DNA of 63,057 bases, the filler included, from Basidiobolus ranarum (Eukaryota), in assembly GCA_040143965.1 (NCBI GenBank). It is 43 parts of 43 records of this genome, joined end to end, with 100 filler letters (N's around TTAATTAATTAA, not from the genome) between each part and the next. Parts side by side here need not be neighbours in the genome. Positions count along the whole stretch, not along the records: positions 10,326 to 11,699 come from JASJQH010012255.1; positions 11,800 to 13,172 come from JASJQH010012256.1; positions 13,273 to 14,645 come from JASJQH010012257.1; positions 14,746 to 16,118 come from JASJQH010012258.1; positions 16,219 to 17,590 come from JASJQH010012259.1; positions 17,691 to 19,062 come from JASJQH010012260.1; positions 19,163 to 20,533 come from JASJQH010012261.1; positions 20,634 to 22,004 come from JASJQH010012262.1; 35 more parts are not named here. One strand, given 5' to 3'. Of the stretch, positions 11,411 through 23,575 are shown piece after piece. The number at the start of each line of letters is the position of its first letter. The first letter of the stretch is position 1. The notes under the pieces are model-generated. The model saw nothing but the letters and a program-made list of their open reading frames with translations, had not been told where the DNA came from and made no database searches. The translations under genes were made by a program, and so were the position numbers.

Positions 11411-11699
11411 TGTTGACGTTTATTGCCTTTATCATATTTGTTATCTGTATCTTTATACACCTAACTATTTCATATATCACATATAAGTTAGTCAACATTA
11501 CATAGTCATATATCACTTAGTTGAAAATTGGAGCATATATTATATATATATGTGAATAATGTGAGAGTTAGCAGTTCCATATTGGAAGTTTCAAACATGT
11601 ACAAATTGCCCCAAAGATAGCTCATTTTACTCCCACAGATGTTCTGAACTCAACCCCAGTGTTAGTTTTCTGTATTTCCACCAACAAGTATAAATGCTT
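11411..11699 (+). mobile_element. Copia LTR family C
   Basis: Starts TGTTGACGTTTATTG; same as the LTR after the PPT at 32141 and the solo LTR at 53223. Confidence 0.88.
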
Positions 11700-11800
11700 N
11701 NNNNNNNNNNNNNNNNNNNNNNNNNNNNNNNNNNNNNNNNNNNTTAATTAATTAANNNNNNNNNNNNNNNNNNNNNNNNNNNNNNNNNNNNNNNNNNNNA

Positions 11801-12148
11801 ACTGGTACGATTTCTTTAGCCAGCGATGCTAGCGGTATCAGTGGCTACCCTATCGTGTATCCAGAGTTCAATCAGTGTGCCAATATTGACCCTGTTGAGA
11901 ACAATGGCGGTTTTGCCCTTAACTGGCCTACCGAGGCTATCTACTGCTTTTATAGCGAGTCTAACTGTGTTGGAGAGCGCGTATGTATGATCCCATATGG
12001 CCCTGGATCCGAATATAACACAATCATCCCTGCTACCGTAAATATGATTAAGAACGGACTTCGCAGTAGTGTGGCGCTCCCCATGAAGCCAACAAATGGC
12101 TATAAGGCTCCATTTACCATGAATCCTTTCGAGAATATTGACTACTAA
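11801..12148 (+). CDS. Uncharacterised small Cys-containing protein, 5' truncated
   Basis: Open frame from the contig edge, host-like codon use with CpG retained, four Cys, AATAAA downstream. Confidence 0.6.
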   Translation, partial: TGTISLASDASGISGYPIVYPEFNQCANIDPVENNGGFALNWPTEAIYCFYSESNCVGERVCMIPYGPGSEYNTIIPATVNMIKNGLRSSVALPMKPTNGYKAPFTMNPFENIDY

Positions 12149-13272
12149 ATGACATGATGACTGTACTATATCACTTGCAACATTGTTGAGAACGTGTAGT
12201 ATCCTAATCCATATTAATAGATTAATAAATTTAAATTGTTACATCCACGTTATATCTTTCTCTTGTTTGTTTGACTTATAAGCTCCACATGGTCAGTCTT
12301 GCGGGATAGTGGCCTTCATGTAGTAATTCCAAACTGGTAATCTCAGTGAAAATTCAGGGTATAGAACCTTATTGTGGTTTTTATTGCCTGTAAACAGTAC
12401 GACAAGCAGCTTACACAACCAGGTTTGACTAATAAGTTTTACCAGTACTTTTAGCGCATCGTAGTAAGCAGTAAAAAGCAAGCGTATTGACATTTTGCAT
12501 CAATCAATTGGAAACAAAAATCGAGACACCACAATATCAGTTAGGGTTAGCCAAGTTGAATCCAGCTTAAGTAATTGGTAAGTCTTTCCGTCTCCATGAC
12601 TACCGTTGCGATCTTTCCCATTGCTATAGTCATTTTTGCTACCAATTACATCGTTGCATTCTTAGTCATTGCAATTTGTTTGGACAAGGTGCAAGTTACA
12701 TTGGTTCTAAGTCATGATAAGGGAATTGATCTGAGAGGCTAATTTCAATCTACATCGCCATTCAAATACTGAGAAGCTAATGAGCGGATCTATATAGTTT
12801 ATCTTATACAACCAGAACAATGTGGAACTCTACACTAGCCATATCGATATCACATTCCACCCATCACTACACTAGCAAGATCTGGACCATTATCTGAATT
12901 ACAGTACGGATCTTGTATTGCTCTATCAGTTAAGTACACAGAGTTGAGCTATCAGTCACGTATTTGATATTTCATTTTTCTATTTGCACCTTTTGGCAAA
13001 TCTACGAAATTTGTGTTTTGCACCATTCCACCCTATCGATGCTTCTATTTACAGAAGAGCATTGCGGCCGCGCGAGTGTTGTTGCCGGATTAATAGATTT
13101 AGCCGGTACAAAAGAATTTTCGCTTCACAAACATGGTTTCCGTGGTAAAGTGCGTGGGAGGGAGGGTGCTAGNNNNNNNNNNNNNNNNNNNNNNNNNNNN
13201 NNNNNNNNNNNNNNNNTTAATTAATTAANNNNNNNNNNNNNNNNNNNNNNNNNNNNNNNNNNNNNNNNNNNN

Positions 13273-13887
13273 ATCTCAAAAATGTACACAATTATTGACT
13301 TGGAAAAGAAAGAAATGCAGCTAAAGAAGTACTCAAGGAGCAGGAAGCTAGTAAGCCCAAGGGAAAAGCAAAGGAGCCAGTGAGTTTAGGCTCTACTATC
13401 CCACTTATCAAATTTTTCACACCATTACAAAGATCTGCATTTCCAGAGTCAGATATACTGGCAACTCAGCTAGACAAAAATTTGAGAAATTAAGACCTTC
13501 CTTAGGATTAGTTTGTATAACTATTTAGATGAGGGAGAGTGTGGAAACTAGCATTGCCTAAATACCTATACAGTCATATATAGCTTAGTACTTAGTTATC
13601 TTCTAAATCACTAAGATATTATCCATCATTCCCAATTGGAATTTACTTAGAATATTTTTACCAACTTAGAAGTTCTCAGATATATAGATTTTTCAAACTT
13701 GTGCTAGAAGCACCAAACTTTGCACACATGCTCCTGGGACCTTCCTTAACACATTTACATGTTAGTTTGTTTGCATCTTGACAAAACTATAAATATCAAC
13801 TTTCTAATCAATAAATCAACAAGTGAAAATCACCAATTTCTCTAATTCTCCAAACCACTTCCAACTGGCTCCCAAAATATTTTAATA
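13273..13887 (+). mobile_element. CACTA ORF2 fragment followed by copia LTR A
   Basis: 13273-13465 matches ORF2 copies (47350, 53610); about 13640-13887 matches LTR A. Confidence 0.75.
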
Positions 13888-14745
13888 ATATAGAAATTAG
13901 GTTATGCTAATTTCAACAATCAGCACATTTTTATTGCCAGCTTATGAGTATATCTATGAGTCACATTAAGTTCATTATATATGTCATTCTATAAAGTGGA
14001 GTTTCAAATAATATTCTCTTACATATGAAAACTAAAGCTTAGCCCAGTATCATCAATATTGTACAAGTCTGCAGTAAACATATAAAAAATCTAGAATCTT
14101 GGTATTATATATATAGAGATGCTTAATGAATGCTGCTATAAATAAAGATATCCATGAATTTTTGAATATATAGTAAACCTGGTTTTCTACCAATGAAATT
14201 TGGCTAGACTTAGTTATAAAATAAAATAGAACTCCATAAAATGGATCTTTTGTTAGGGACTGGCTTTAAAGGTTTGTGTGTTCTCAACAATGCTGAGATT
14301 AATCAAAATAGATAAAATAACTTTAACTTGCTTGAATACCGGTTAAATAAACATTAAGTTCGATACAATATCTAATAATCTACTGAACATGTTTGATATG
14401 GTGGAAAATTATCACTTCTACTGAAAGAATTAACTTGAGATATAGCTAAAGCCAATCTATATTATGATTTATTTATCATTCCAATTGAAAGGAATATGCT
14501 ATACTTTAGGTAGTTTGTATGTATGAGACACGGATTAGTACCGTATGTCAGAGTAATCTCCCCAATTACTTAAACACGGGAAGGATACATCATAATACGG
14601 ACAGAGGATCCGAAACAGTGAGCAGGCAAGTTAGTTCTGAACTTGNNNNNNNNNNNNNNNNNNNNNNNNNNNNNNNNNNNNNNNNNNNNTTAATTAATTA
14701 ANNNNNNNNNNNNNNNNNNNNNNNNNNNNNNNNNNNNNNNNNNNN

Positions 14746-15551
14746 CTGATAGGGCAGACACAAATAGATGATCTCTATCAGTGCTTACTTAATTTACTTG
14801 TTCCAATTTTAGCTTTTTGGCAAAAATCTTTTTCTGTAATCTTTGATTAAATGGCCTGGTTACTTGCAATACTTGCAGAGGATTAATTTCCTTATAGGGG
14901 CACCATTATTGAAGCCTGGTGCATGTTTACAGCTCCAAAAAATGCCTGTTCTGCATTATTTTGCTGAGAATTAGATCTCCTTAATTCTTCATTCAAAAGC
15001 CTAGTACCAATATTTTCCATTTTTAATGGCTCTGATTTTGATTCTAGGGTAATTATGAGGTTCCTAAACTTGTCTGGCAGGTTCCCAAGTAGTGTCATGA
15101 CTAAGTCATCTTCATTTAGCGGTTCTCCAATGGATGAGAGCTGTTCTGCCATAGCTTTGATTCAATTTATATGATTAAGCATAGAATCATCAGGATTCAT
15201 CTGAATTGAGAATAATTTTTGCCTAAGATATAGCCTATTAGCCAGACTTTTGGTCTCATATAGTCCCTCAAGTGTTTCCCAAGCATTTTTGACATTTTTG
15301 GCTGATTTTATGCGCCTCAAAGGAGAATCTCTGAGATGAGGACAAAGTGTAGAGAGTACTTTCCTCTGCTTCTTGTGAAAGGCAAGGGTAGCTTCTGGTA
15401 GTCTCTTTGGCTCTATTTCTTCTCCTGTAACAAATCACCAAATGTCCTTGTCTTCTAGTACCATTTGCATCTTGAACTTCCAAAGGTGAAAGTCTTCACC
15501 ATCAAACTTCTCTGTGGATGCAAAAACACTAGTAATAGTACTGGTAGACAT
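14746..15551 (-). mobile_element. Ty1/copia gag (family B), degenerate
   Basis: MSTSTITSVFASTEKFDGEDFHLWKFKMQMVLEDKDIW; LVMTLLGNLPDKFRNLIITLE. Confidence 0.92.
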
Positions 15552-15571
15552 TCCTTTTACAGCTAGCTTGT

Positions 15572-15933
15572 GGCTCATAACCTGATAAAAGTGTTTAGAG
15601 ATATGGAAGTGTTTTGGACAAGATTGGGATTTGTGAATTAGACACTTGAGTTTTATTGAATTGAATCTGTCCTATTTATAGTTTACTATGAAATAAGACT
15701 ATTGGACGTGCTTAGATCATAGCAATCATGCCTGTTAAGCATGGGTAAAGATTTGAGGTGATTTGGAGAAGTTTTGAGAAAATAGTGAAAATTGGTAAAA
15801 GTGATCTAATTGAGATTTCTATCAATTAGAGCAATAAACACACATTTTTGAATGACAGAATTGAGTGCTAAATAATCAGAATATGAATAATTTAACTAAT
15901 AAATAATGAGTTGCTATTTATCTAATTTCAACA
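15572..15933 (-). mobile_element. Copia 5' LTR B (15933..15583, 351 bp) plus PBS GGTTATGAGCC
   Basis: TGTTGAAATTAG...TTTTATCA termini; PBS immediately after; the flank (15934..16118) is CACTA sequence. Confidence 0.9.
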
Positions 15934-16350
15934 AATTACTGGGTTTACTGCTATAGGAATTTGAATCAATAGGCATGCCTGTATTTAGATATTATAGGCT
16001 CTGTATTCCAGCCATAATGAGAATCAAAATAATACAAGAATCTCATAGTGCTTAGTCTCTATATATGCATATACTAGACTGATTAGAAATTACTCAGCAA
16101 TTACAATGTGCTTCAGCANNNNNNNNNNNNNNNNNNNNNNNNNNNNNNNNNNNNNNNNNNNNTTAATTAATTAANNNNNNNNNNNNNNNNNNNNNNNNNN
16201 NNNNNNNNNNNNNNNNNNTGAGATACGATGAGAAAGAACAAGGTTATCATTAAATAGAAGAGCAAGTATAAGAATATTCTGATTGTCTTCTACGATATAT
16301 CGATAGAAGCCATTAGAGCCCTTACCTTGAGGGTAGAATCGTACTTTACC

Positions 16351-17590
16351 AAATCCCTAGTCTCTTTGATCTATTCTCCTGAATATTTTTACAGAGTTCT
16401 TCATACTCAAGGTTTAGCTCATATTCATCACAAGTTTATATCAATATCTCCATCAAAGCCCACTATTGTATTAATGTTGCTCAATCTACATTCTTCCAGC
16501 TATCTGGTGGATACCCTGCAATATTGTGCCACTCTGTGTTATGTTCTTCCCAGATATCTGTACAGTCAACACCAGACTGAATGTCAAGTTCAATGTTCTT
16601 CTACTGAAGCCACTTTTGGTATACTGGCACTGCACCTTTCCTTTCATACTTTTGAAAATACTCCTCAAGCACTTTTATTATTTTATGTATTCTTGTAGTG
16701 TGACACTATTAAAGGTGCTTTGCAATGTTTGTGCTACATTTTGCTTGCCTTTACGTTTGCACTAATTTCAACACATTTAAAAGTACCAGTTGAGGTTGAA
16801 GAGCTATGCATTTTATTTGCTGCTATTTTGGCTAGTCAACAGGTGCCAGGTGTAGGATAAACTTCCAAAATTAGCATTCTTCCAGCTGGTGTACCTGGCT
16901 CCATAGCAACATTAAGCCTTTTTGTCAGTATATCTGCTGGTATTTCTGACTCTGGAAATACAGATCTTTGCAATGATGTGAAGAATTTGATAAGTGGGAC
17001 AGTTGAGCCTAAACTCCCTGGCTCCTTTGCTTTTGCCTTAGGTTTACTAGCTTCCTTCTCCTTGAGTACTTCTTTAGCTGATGCATTTCAATTGTATAAC
17101 TTATAACCCTTCAGTAATCCAAGTACCTTCATGTCCAAATGGTTGTTTGGTTTTAACTGGTGCTCTGAAAACCTGAAGTCATGTTCTGCTTGTATACAAT
17201 TGGGAATCACTGAATCAGATTATTTTTTTTCATATTTGGCATATATACCATAGCCCTAACAGAAATTTAGATTGTTATTGTAGGAAAACCATCACAATTT
17301 CAATCCATTTGGGATTGGCTGTTTACTTACCTTCATAAAATTGTCAGTTAGATTTGATTTTAATCAATTTTTCAGTTTCAGGAGTGAAATTTCAAAATCT
17401 TGCAAAAAGGTTGCACATGATTGGCTACAATTTCAACAAACTATGGATCAACACCTGTGTGAAAAATGTGACTCAAATTTTACACACTTGCCAGTTGAAT
17501 GCTAATTTGTCACCTTCAAAATGCATGGTCTCTCTGATATATTCTCCTGAATATTTTTATAGAGTTCTTCACACCCAAGGTTTAGCTCAT
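16351..17590 (-). mobile_element. CACTA mosaic: ORF2, a transposase piece, and a second copy starting at TIR CCCTAACAGAAAT (17254)
   Basis: Matches ORF2 at 53610-54279 and the element end at 48381/50098. Confidence 0.82.
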
Positions 17591-17690
17591 NNNNNNNNNN
17601 NNNNNNNNNNNNNNNNNNNNNNNNNNNNNNNNNNTTAATTAATTAANNNNNNNNNNNNNNNNNNNNNNNNNNNNNNNNNNNNNNNNNNNN

Positions 17691-19062
17691 GAAATCAACT
17701 ATGACATCTATGACAAGGAACTATTAGCAATTATTGCTGCATTTGAACAATGACAACAATTCTTGGATGGAGCAAATCACAAATTCACAGCTTATTGTGA
17801 TCACAAGAATCTTCAGTATTTTAGTCCAACCAAAGTTCTCAACCATTGTCAAGCAAGATGGTATTTATTTCTTGCCAGTTTTGATTTGGTGAATACATAT
17901 CAACCAGGTAGCCTGCAAGGAAAGCCTGATGCCTTATCACATAGAGCAGAATATCAGCCTAAAGAAGGGGATGAGGTCTTTGGCCAACAAAATACTTCCT
18001 TACTGAAGCCCCACCAGCTTCAAATTAGTGCAACTGCCCTTTCTCTGCCTAATTTGAGCACATTCCATGAAAACATCTGCAAGTTTCAATCTGAGTACCC
18101 ATTGGTAATATCAATTAAGAAAGCCCAGGATACACCCAAAGGCCTCTCAAGCTTGAACTTGTAATGCCACTTCTGTATCATCAATGATCTCTTGTTTTAT
18201 ACAAAATGCCTTTACATTCCAGACCACACTTCCAGACTCAAAATCATGCAGGAAAGACATAACTCACCACTTGCAAGACACTCTGGTATTGCCAAACTTT
18301 ATATGTTAGCATACAGGGATTATTGGTGGCCCAAAATGTTTGCATTTGTCAAGACTTATGGAAAAAAAAATGCCAAAATTCTAGATTCCAGAATTTATTG
18401 ACATAAATTGCCATATTTAGTTGACTGGAAGGGATACTCAACAAATGATCAGTCATGGGAGCCAGCAACAAATCTTACCAATTCCAAGGAACTTTGCCAG
18501 GAGCTTCATGAAGCCTACCCAAAAAGACCTGGCCCTATGATGTCTGGAAGCCATCACTAAAGAAGGGGATGCTGTCATGATTCTGATCTTGGCATACTGA
18601 TCCACTGCATATAGAACTCTTCTATTATTTGATTATGACATCATACCTGCTGTGCCATCCCTTCTTGGCAAGCTTGTGTTAGCTCATCCAGATTACCTTA
18701 TATGGAAGTCATGTTCTTTGGAACATTCCATGAAACCTAACAATTTAAGTCATCCCACAAATAGTGTATTTCTGCCAAGACCTTCCATGGAAGGTCACCT
18801 GATCATCCTTACATCATCCCTGTTTGTATTGGTCCTTGTAGTCCCCAACACCCTGACTCTTGAACTTGCCACAGTATATTCCCTATTCAGTATATTATGT
18901 TTCACCTTGCAATATCTATATAAACCCCATGTATTCCTTGATCAGACTCAGGGCTGATCAATGCCAGTTATCAATAAAGATTCTTGCCAAAGTATCTTCC
19001 TTGTCCAGTCTTGTCTTGTCTTGTCTTGTGGTCTACACCCAAGTACTCTCCTGCCTTCTAGC
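17691..19062 (+). mobile_element. Gypsy chromovirus 3' part: RNase H, integrase Zn domain joined to chromodomain, PPT, 3' LTR (18573..)
   Basis: [62 protein letters not shown]. Confidence 0.93.
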
Positions 19063-19162
19063 NNNNNNNNNNNNNNNNNNNNNNNNNNNNNNNNNNNNNN
19101 NNNNNNTTAATTAATTAANNNNNNNNNNNNNNNNNNNNNNNNNNNNNNNNNNNNNNNNNNNN

Positions 19163-19821
19163 CTAGGATTTCCCATACATTCTTGGCAGAGTCAGTATCT
19201 CTGACTAGCATAAGTTGTTGTGATCCTGGTCTTAGACATATTTCCCTAAATGCCACTCTGTCTTTTTCTTTGAAGGTTTCCCTGGCTTCTTTACATGTTG
19301 GCTACTTTGTTTCAGTGTCAGAATCTGTACTTTCTTCTTCAGAAATTTCTTCCTCTTCATCTGGTTGAACTACTTCCCAGACATGTTTCCCTTCAAGCAC
19401 AAGTTGCATCTTGAATTTCCATTCATGGTAATCTTCCCTTCAAATGTTGGAATATTAGTAATCTCCTTTTGGGAAGAAGACTCTAATTCACTTGCTGCTA
19501 CAATGTTGGAGGATCTTGACATAATAGGGGTAGATTTTGGGTATTAGAGGCAACTTATGTTAGTGTATTTTAGTTACTTTATTCTTCAGAGTATATGGTG
19601 ACTTATATAGTAGAAAAGTAAATCAGTTGTTTGAGATATTCAGGAGTTGGTGTAATAAGATATAATAGATAAGTGGGGGTAATAAGACATACTTGTTATA
19701 TCAATATAGAGATATTCCTATTTAGAATATAGGCGCTACAGATATGTTGCTTTCTGTTTCTGATATATGTATCATGACTAAAGTTAACTATGATGTTGAA
19801 TAAAGATAAAATTATCCAACA
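19163..19821 (-). mobile_element. Copia family E: 5' LTR (19821..19504, 318 bp), PBS TTGTAGCAGC, gag start
   Basis: TGTTGGA...TCCAACA termini; frameshifted gag DYHEWKFKMQLVLEGKHVWEVV..DSAKNVWEIL; inserted into an LTR A (19822..19999). Confidence 0.85.
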
Positions 19822-20423
19822 GCCCCAAACTTTGCACAAACTTTCATGGGACCTTCCTTAGCACACTCTGCCTATTTGTTTGTTTACATCTTGCCAAAAC
19901 TATAAATATCAACTTTCTACTCAATATATCAATAAGTGCAAACCACTAATTTCTCTGTTTCTCCAAACCACTTCCAACAGGCTCCAAAGTACTTTAACAA
20001 GAAGAGCATCTTTTCCTCAAAGGTGAGTATTTAGTTGATGACATATTCCCAATATACCATAAAGAATATCTTGGACTTGCCCTACCTCTGCATTGATGTA
20101 CCCCTGCAATTATGATTATGAGTGATAAGAAGTGTTGATCAATATAATATGTTTGAATCAAGTAGTAATGCAGGAGTTAAGAGCTACTATATGTTAAATT
20201 GATGTAAGAATGCTAAAAAGATACTATCAGTATCTGTGCCAGCATTAACAACTCACCCTGTACCAAAATCAACATCAACACTACCTTCCTGCAAGGCCAA
20301 AGGTAAGGAAAAGCAGGTGTTTCATACTGATCCTGGAAGGGTATCTGGGACATTATCTGAGAGTGCTGAATTCCAAGAACTCACTCATATACGTTGTATA
20401 ATCAAAGATATGCCTGCACTTCC

Positions 20424-20533
20424 TGTTGGAGGATCTTGACATAATGGGGGTAGACTTTGAGTATTAGAAGCAACTTATGATAGTGTGTTTTAGTTAGTTT
20501 ATTCTTAAGAGTATATGGTGACTTATATAGTAG
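20424..20533 (-). mobile_element. Second copy of copia LTR E (truncated)
   Basis: About 110-bp direct repeat of 19504..19613. Confidence 0.82.
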
Positions 20534-20634
20534 NNNNNNNNNNNNNNNNNNNNNNNNNNNNNNNNNNNNNNNNNNNNTTAATTAATTAANNNNNNNNNNN
20601 NNNNNNNNNNNNNNNNNNNNNNNNNNNNNNNNNT

Positions 20635-20911
20635 TCCGAAATTGTCACCCAAATCTCAGTTCGTGCTACTGAATGGCCTGGAGCTACTGTTGCCAATGGC
20701 TCCATCTATTTCAAATACAATCCATCCACTGGAGTTCTTTCTCATAGAACAACCGAGGGTTTCCCCACAAACATGAGCGTGACCCAAGGTAAGATAATAA
20801 TTACGTTGATTGAACATAACTTGCGACTAACTAAATTTTATTACTTCTATCACACCTAAAATAGATGACAATACCTCATTCATCTTTAGTTTGGATAGTA
20901 TCCCTAGTTAA
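20635..20911 (+). CDS. 3' end of uncharacterised gene with a 76-nt intron (20789..20864)
   Basis: GTAAGA donor, ACTAAC branch, TAG acceptor; spliced frame ..[42 protein letters not shown]. Confidence 0.72.
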
Positions 20912-21552
20912 ACTACTTTGAAAAAACTGATTCTCCTGCTGATTCTGAATTATTGGTAAATAAATATCAATCGCGATTGGCCAGAAATTATGATTTTTAT
21001 AGCGTATTACATGTAAATATCTTATATCGAGAAATTAGTATAGAAGATACATAACTTATGAGGTACTCTTCCACTAGTACCATTTTTAAATGGTCTTGGT
21101 TATTGGCCATTTTCGTCATATGCATGATCAGAAAGTGATCTACTCAAATCACTAGAGGGGAATTCACATTATTATACCAGACGAAGCATTGAGAGTTTCT
21201 GGAATTAGTCAGTATGAATATTTCCATCATTACTTGAAGCTTTGTTTTACTGCAATACGTTTAGTATAATGAAGTATAGCAGGCTTAGAACCTACCTTAG
21301 ACGCATAACATTATTCTTCTCACTGAGTAGATCTAGAAGGTCACCGGAGATTACATCGATCAATGTGATATTAATTCCGTAGCTTTAGAACATAGTTATG
21401 CATTTACAGAGTACTATATAACCAGCAATGTTGCTAATAAATAAATAGCATTATATTTCAGTCTCCAACTAAATTAGAAGCAGATTTACATTTACAACAT
21501 TCTTTATATCAACACTCTGATACTCCTCGATTTATTGTTATCCACATAACAA

Positions 21553-22004
21553 ATGCACTTTTCTTCAATCAAATTGCTTTTTGCTCTTTCCTCTGCTTCC
21601 GTTATCGCCGGAGCTAGTGTTGCTGAGAGGGATTACTCTCCTTCTCATGACAGTAGTCAGTATGGGATGAACAAGGATTGGGATAACAAGGAACATCCAG
21701 GATGGTGGAACGATAAAGAGGAATATATTAGGCATCAGAAGAACCATGATTACAGTTCTGATGGTGACTATGATCATAGCGATGATCAAGACTACGATAT
21801 TGAGCATGGCGATTACAAACGGGGTGACAACAGATACGAAGACCACCATAATAGATACAGAAATGATTTTCATCATGATGATGAGGATTGGGATTATGAT
21901 AATGAAGATAATAGAAAAGGTAGAGACCGTTACCGTGATAATGTCCCATCGGGAGAGGATATTAGTGGAGAGAACGGATCATCGAACTCTGGTTCACCAG
22001 CTGG
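21553..22004 (+). CDS. Secreted Asp/His/Tyr/Arg-rich low-complexity protein, 3' truncated
   Basis: Signal peptide MHFSSIKLLFALSSASVIAG followed by a highly charged region; TATATAA upstream. Confidence 0.8.
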
Positions 22005-22104
22005 NNNNNNNNNNNNNNNNNNNNNNNNNNNNNNNNNNNNNNNNNNNNTTAATTAATTAANNNNNNNNNNNNNNNNNNNNNNNNNNNNNNNNNNNNNNNN
22101 NNNN

Positions 22105-23475
22105 TAACTGTTTCATATATCACATATAAGTTAGTTAACAATACTTATCACTTAACTGAAAATTGGAACATATATTATATATATATATGTGAATAATGTT
22201 AGCAATTCCATATTGGAAATTTCAAACTTGTCCAAATTACCCCAAAGATAGTTCATTTTACTCCCAGAGATGTTTTGAACACAACCCCAGTGTTAGTTTT
22301 CTATATTTCCACCAAAATGTATAAATGCTTTATTTCTGGACAATAAATAATTATCTCACAAAGCTATTCACAACTCCACTTTTCTAAAGTTCCTCCAAAC
22401 AGCCCGTAGTTTCCTAATACAGATATGAACAAGTGATCTTCTGTTGTAACCACATTTCCAGATTCAGTACATTTTTCTTGTTTGGCAATTTTTTTGAAGC
22501 AGTCTTTGCTTAAATGGCCAGTTCTTTTACAGTGATCATAGAATTTGTTACTTTTCTTCTTAAAGTGCTTTTGACCTTTATAGGAAGGTTTCCCACAGCC
22601 TATTAAAGCATTTTCTTCATCATTTTGGTTGGATCACTGTTTGCATAAATCTTCATCCAGAAGTCTGCTGAATATATAATTCAAGGTCAAATTTTAAGTT
22701 CTTGATTCTAGAGCCATCACTAGGATCTGAAACTTGTGAGGTAGGCTATTCAGGACTGTAATTTCAATATCTTGATCAGTTGTAGGTACTCAAATGCATT
22801 GCATACTAAAATAGTGACTCTATTGATTAGTGATTTAATATCTTCTCCTGGCTTCATCTTTAAGTAAAAAATTGTCTTCTTAGAGACATCTTGTTGGCAG
22901 CAGAACTTGTTTGGTAGGTGTCTTCTAAAGCTTTCCATATCTTTTTGGCAGTTTTAGCTCTTGAACATTGAATTAGCAATTTGTCTTTAACATTAAAACA
23001 AATTGTGTTAAAGGCACTTTGTTGTTTTTTAACTTGGAGTAAAACTTTGGTTTCAGATAGTTTTGCATTGTTTTCTTCTTCTGTAACAGTGTCCCAAAGT
23101 TTTTTTTCTTGCTGCAGCATATTCATTTTAATTTGCCAAACTTAATAATTGGTTCCATCCAATTTTTCAGAAGAGGGAAAAGTTTCATAAATTTGTGAAG
23201 TAGGCATTGCAGGGAGTGCAAGCCTGGGGCTCATAACCTGTTAAAGTATTTGGTAGCCTGTTGGAAGTGGTTTGGAGAATCAGAGGAATTGGTGGTTTTC
23301 ACTTTTTGATTTATTAAGTAGAAAGTTGACATTTATAGTTTTGTCAAGATGTAAACAAACTAACATGTAGAATGTGCTAAGGAAGTTCCCAGGAATATGT
23401 GTGCAAACTTTGGGGCTTCTAGCACATGCTTGAAAATTCTATACATCTGACAACTTCTGAGTTGGTAAATTATTC
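22105..23475. mobile_element. Copia LTR C (+) abutting copia family A gag (-, ATG 23207), PBS (23227..23238) and 5' LTR A (23239..)
   Basis: SEKLDGTNY*VWQIKMNMLQQEKKLWD, AKTAKKIWKALE; PBS GGTTATGAGCCC. Confidence 0.9.
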
Positions 23476-23575
23476 NNNNNNNNNNNNNNNNNNNNNNNNN
23501 NNNNNNNNNNNNNNNNNNNTTAATTAATTAANNNNNNNNNNNNNNNNNNNNNNNNNNNNNNNNNNNNNNNNNNNN

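Noticed and set aside
13060-13172. CpG-rich patch with GCGGCCGCGCG
   Set aside because: Probably an unmethylated host promoter, but no gene is visible on the contig to support a call.
18652-18957. Recurrent MPSLLG... ORF (also 2905, 44390 and within 57550)
   Set aside because: Lies inside the gypsy LTR, starts at GTG and has frameshifts between copies; recurrence reflects LTR copy number.
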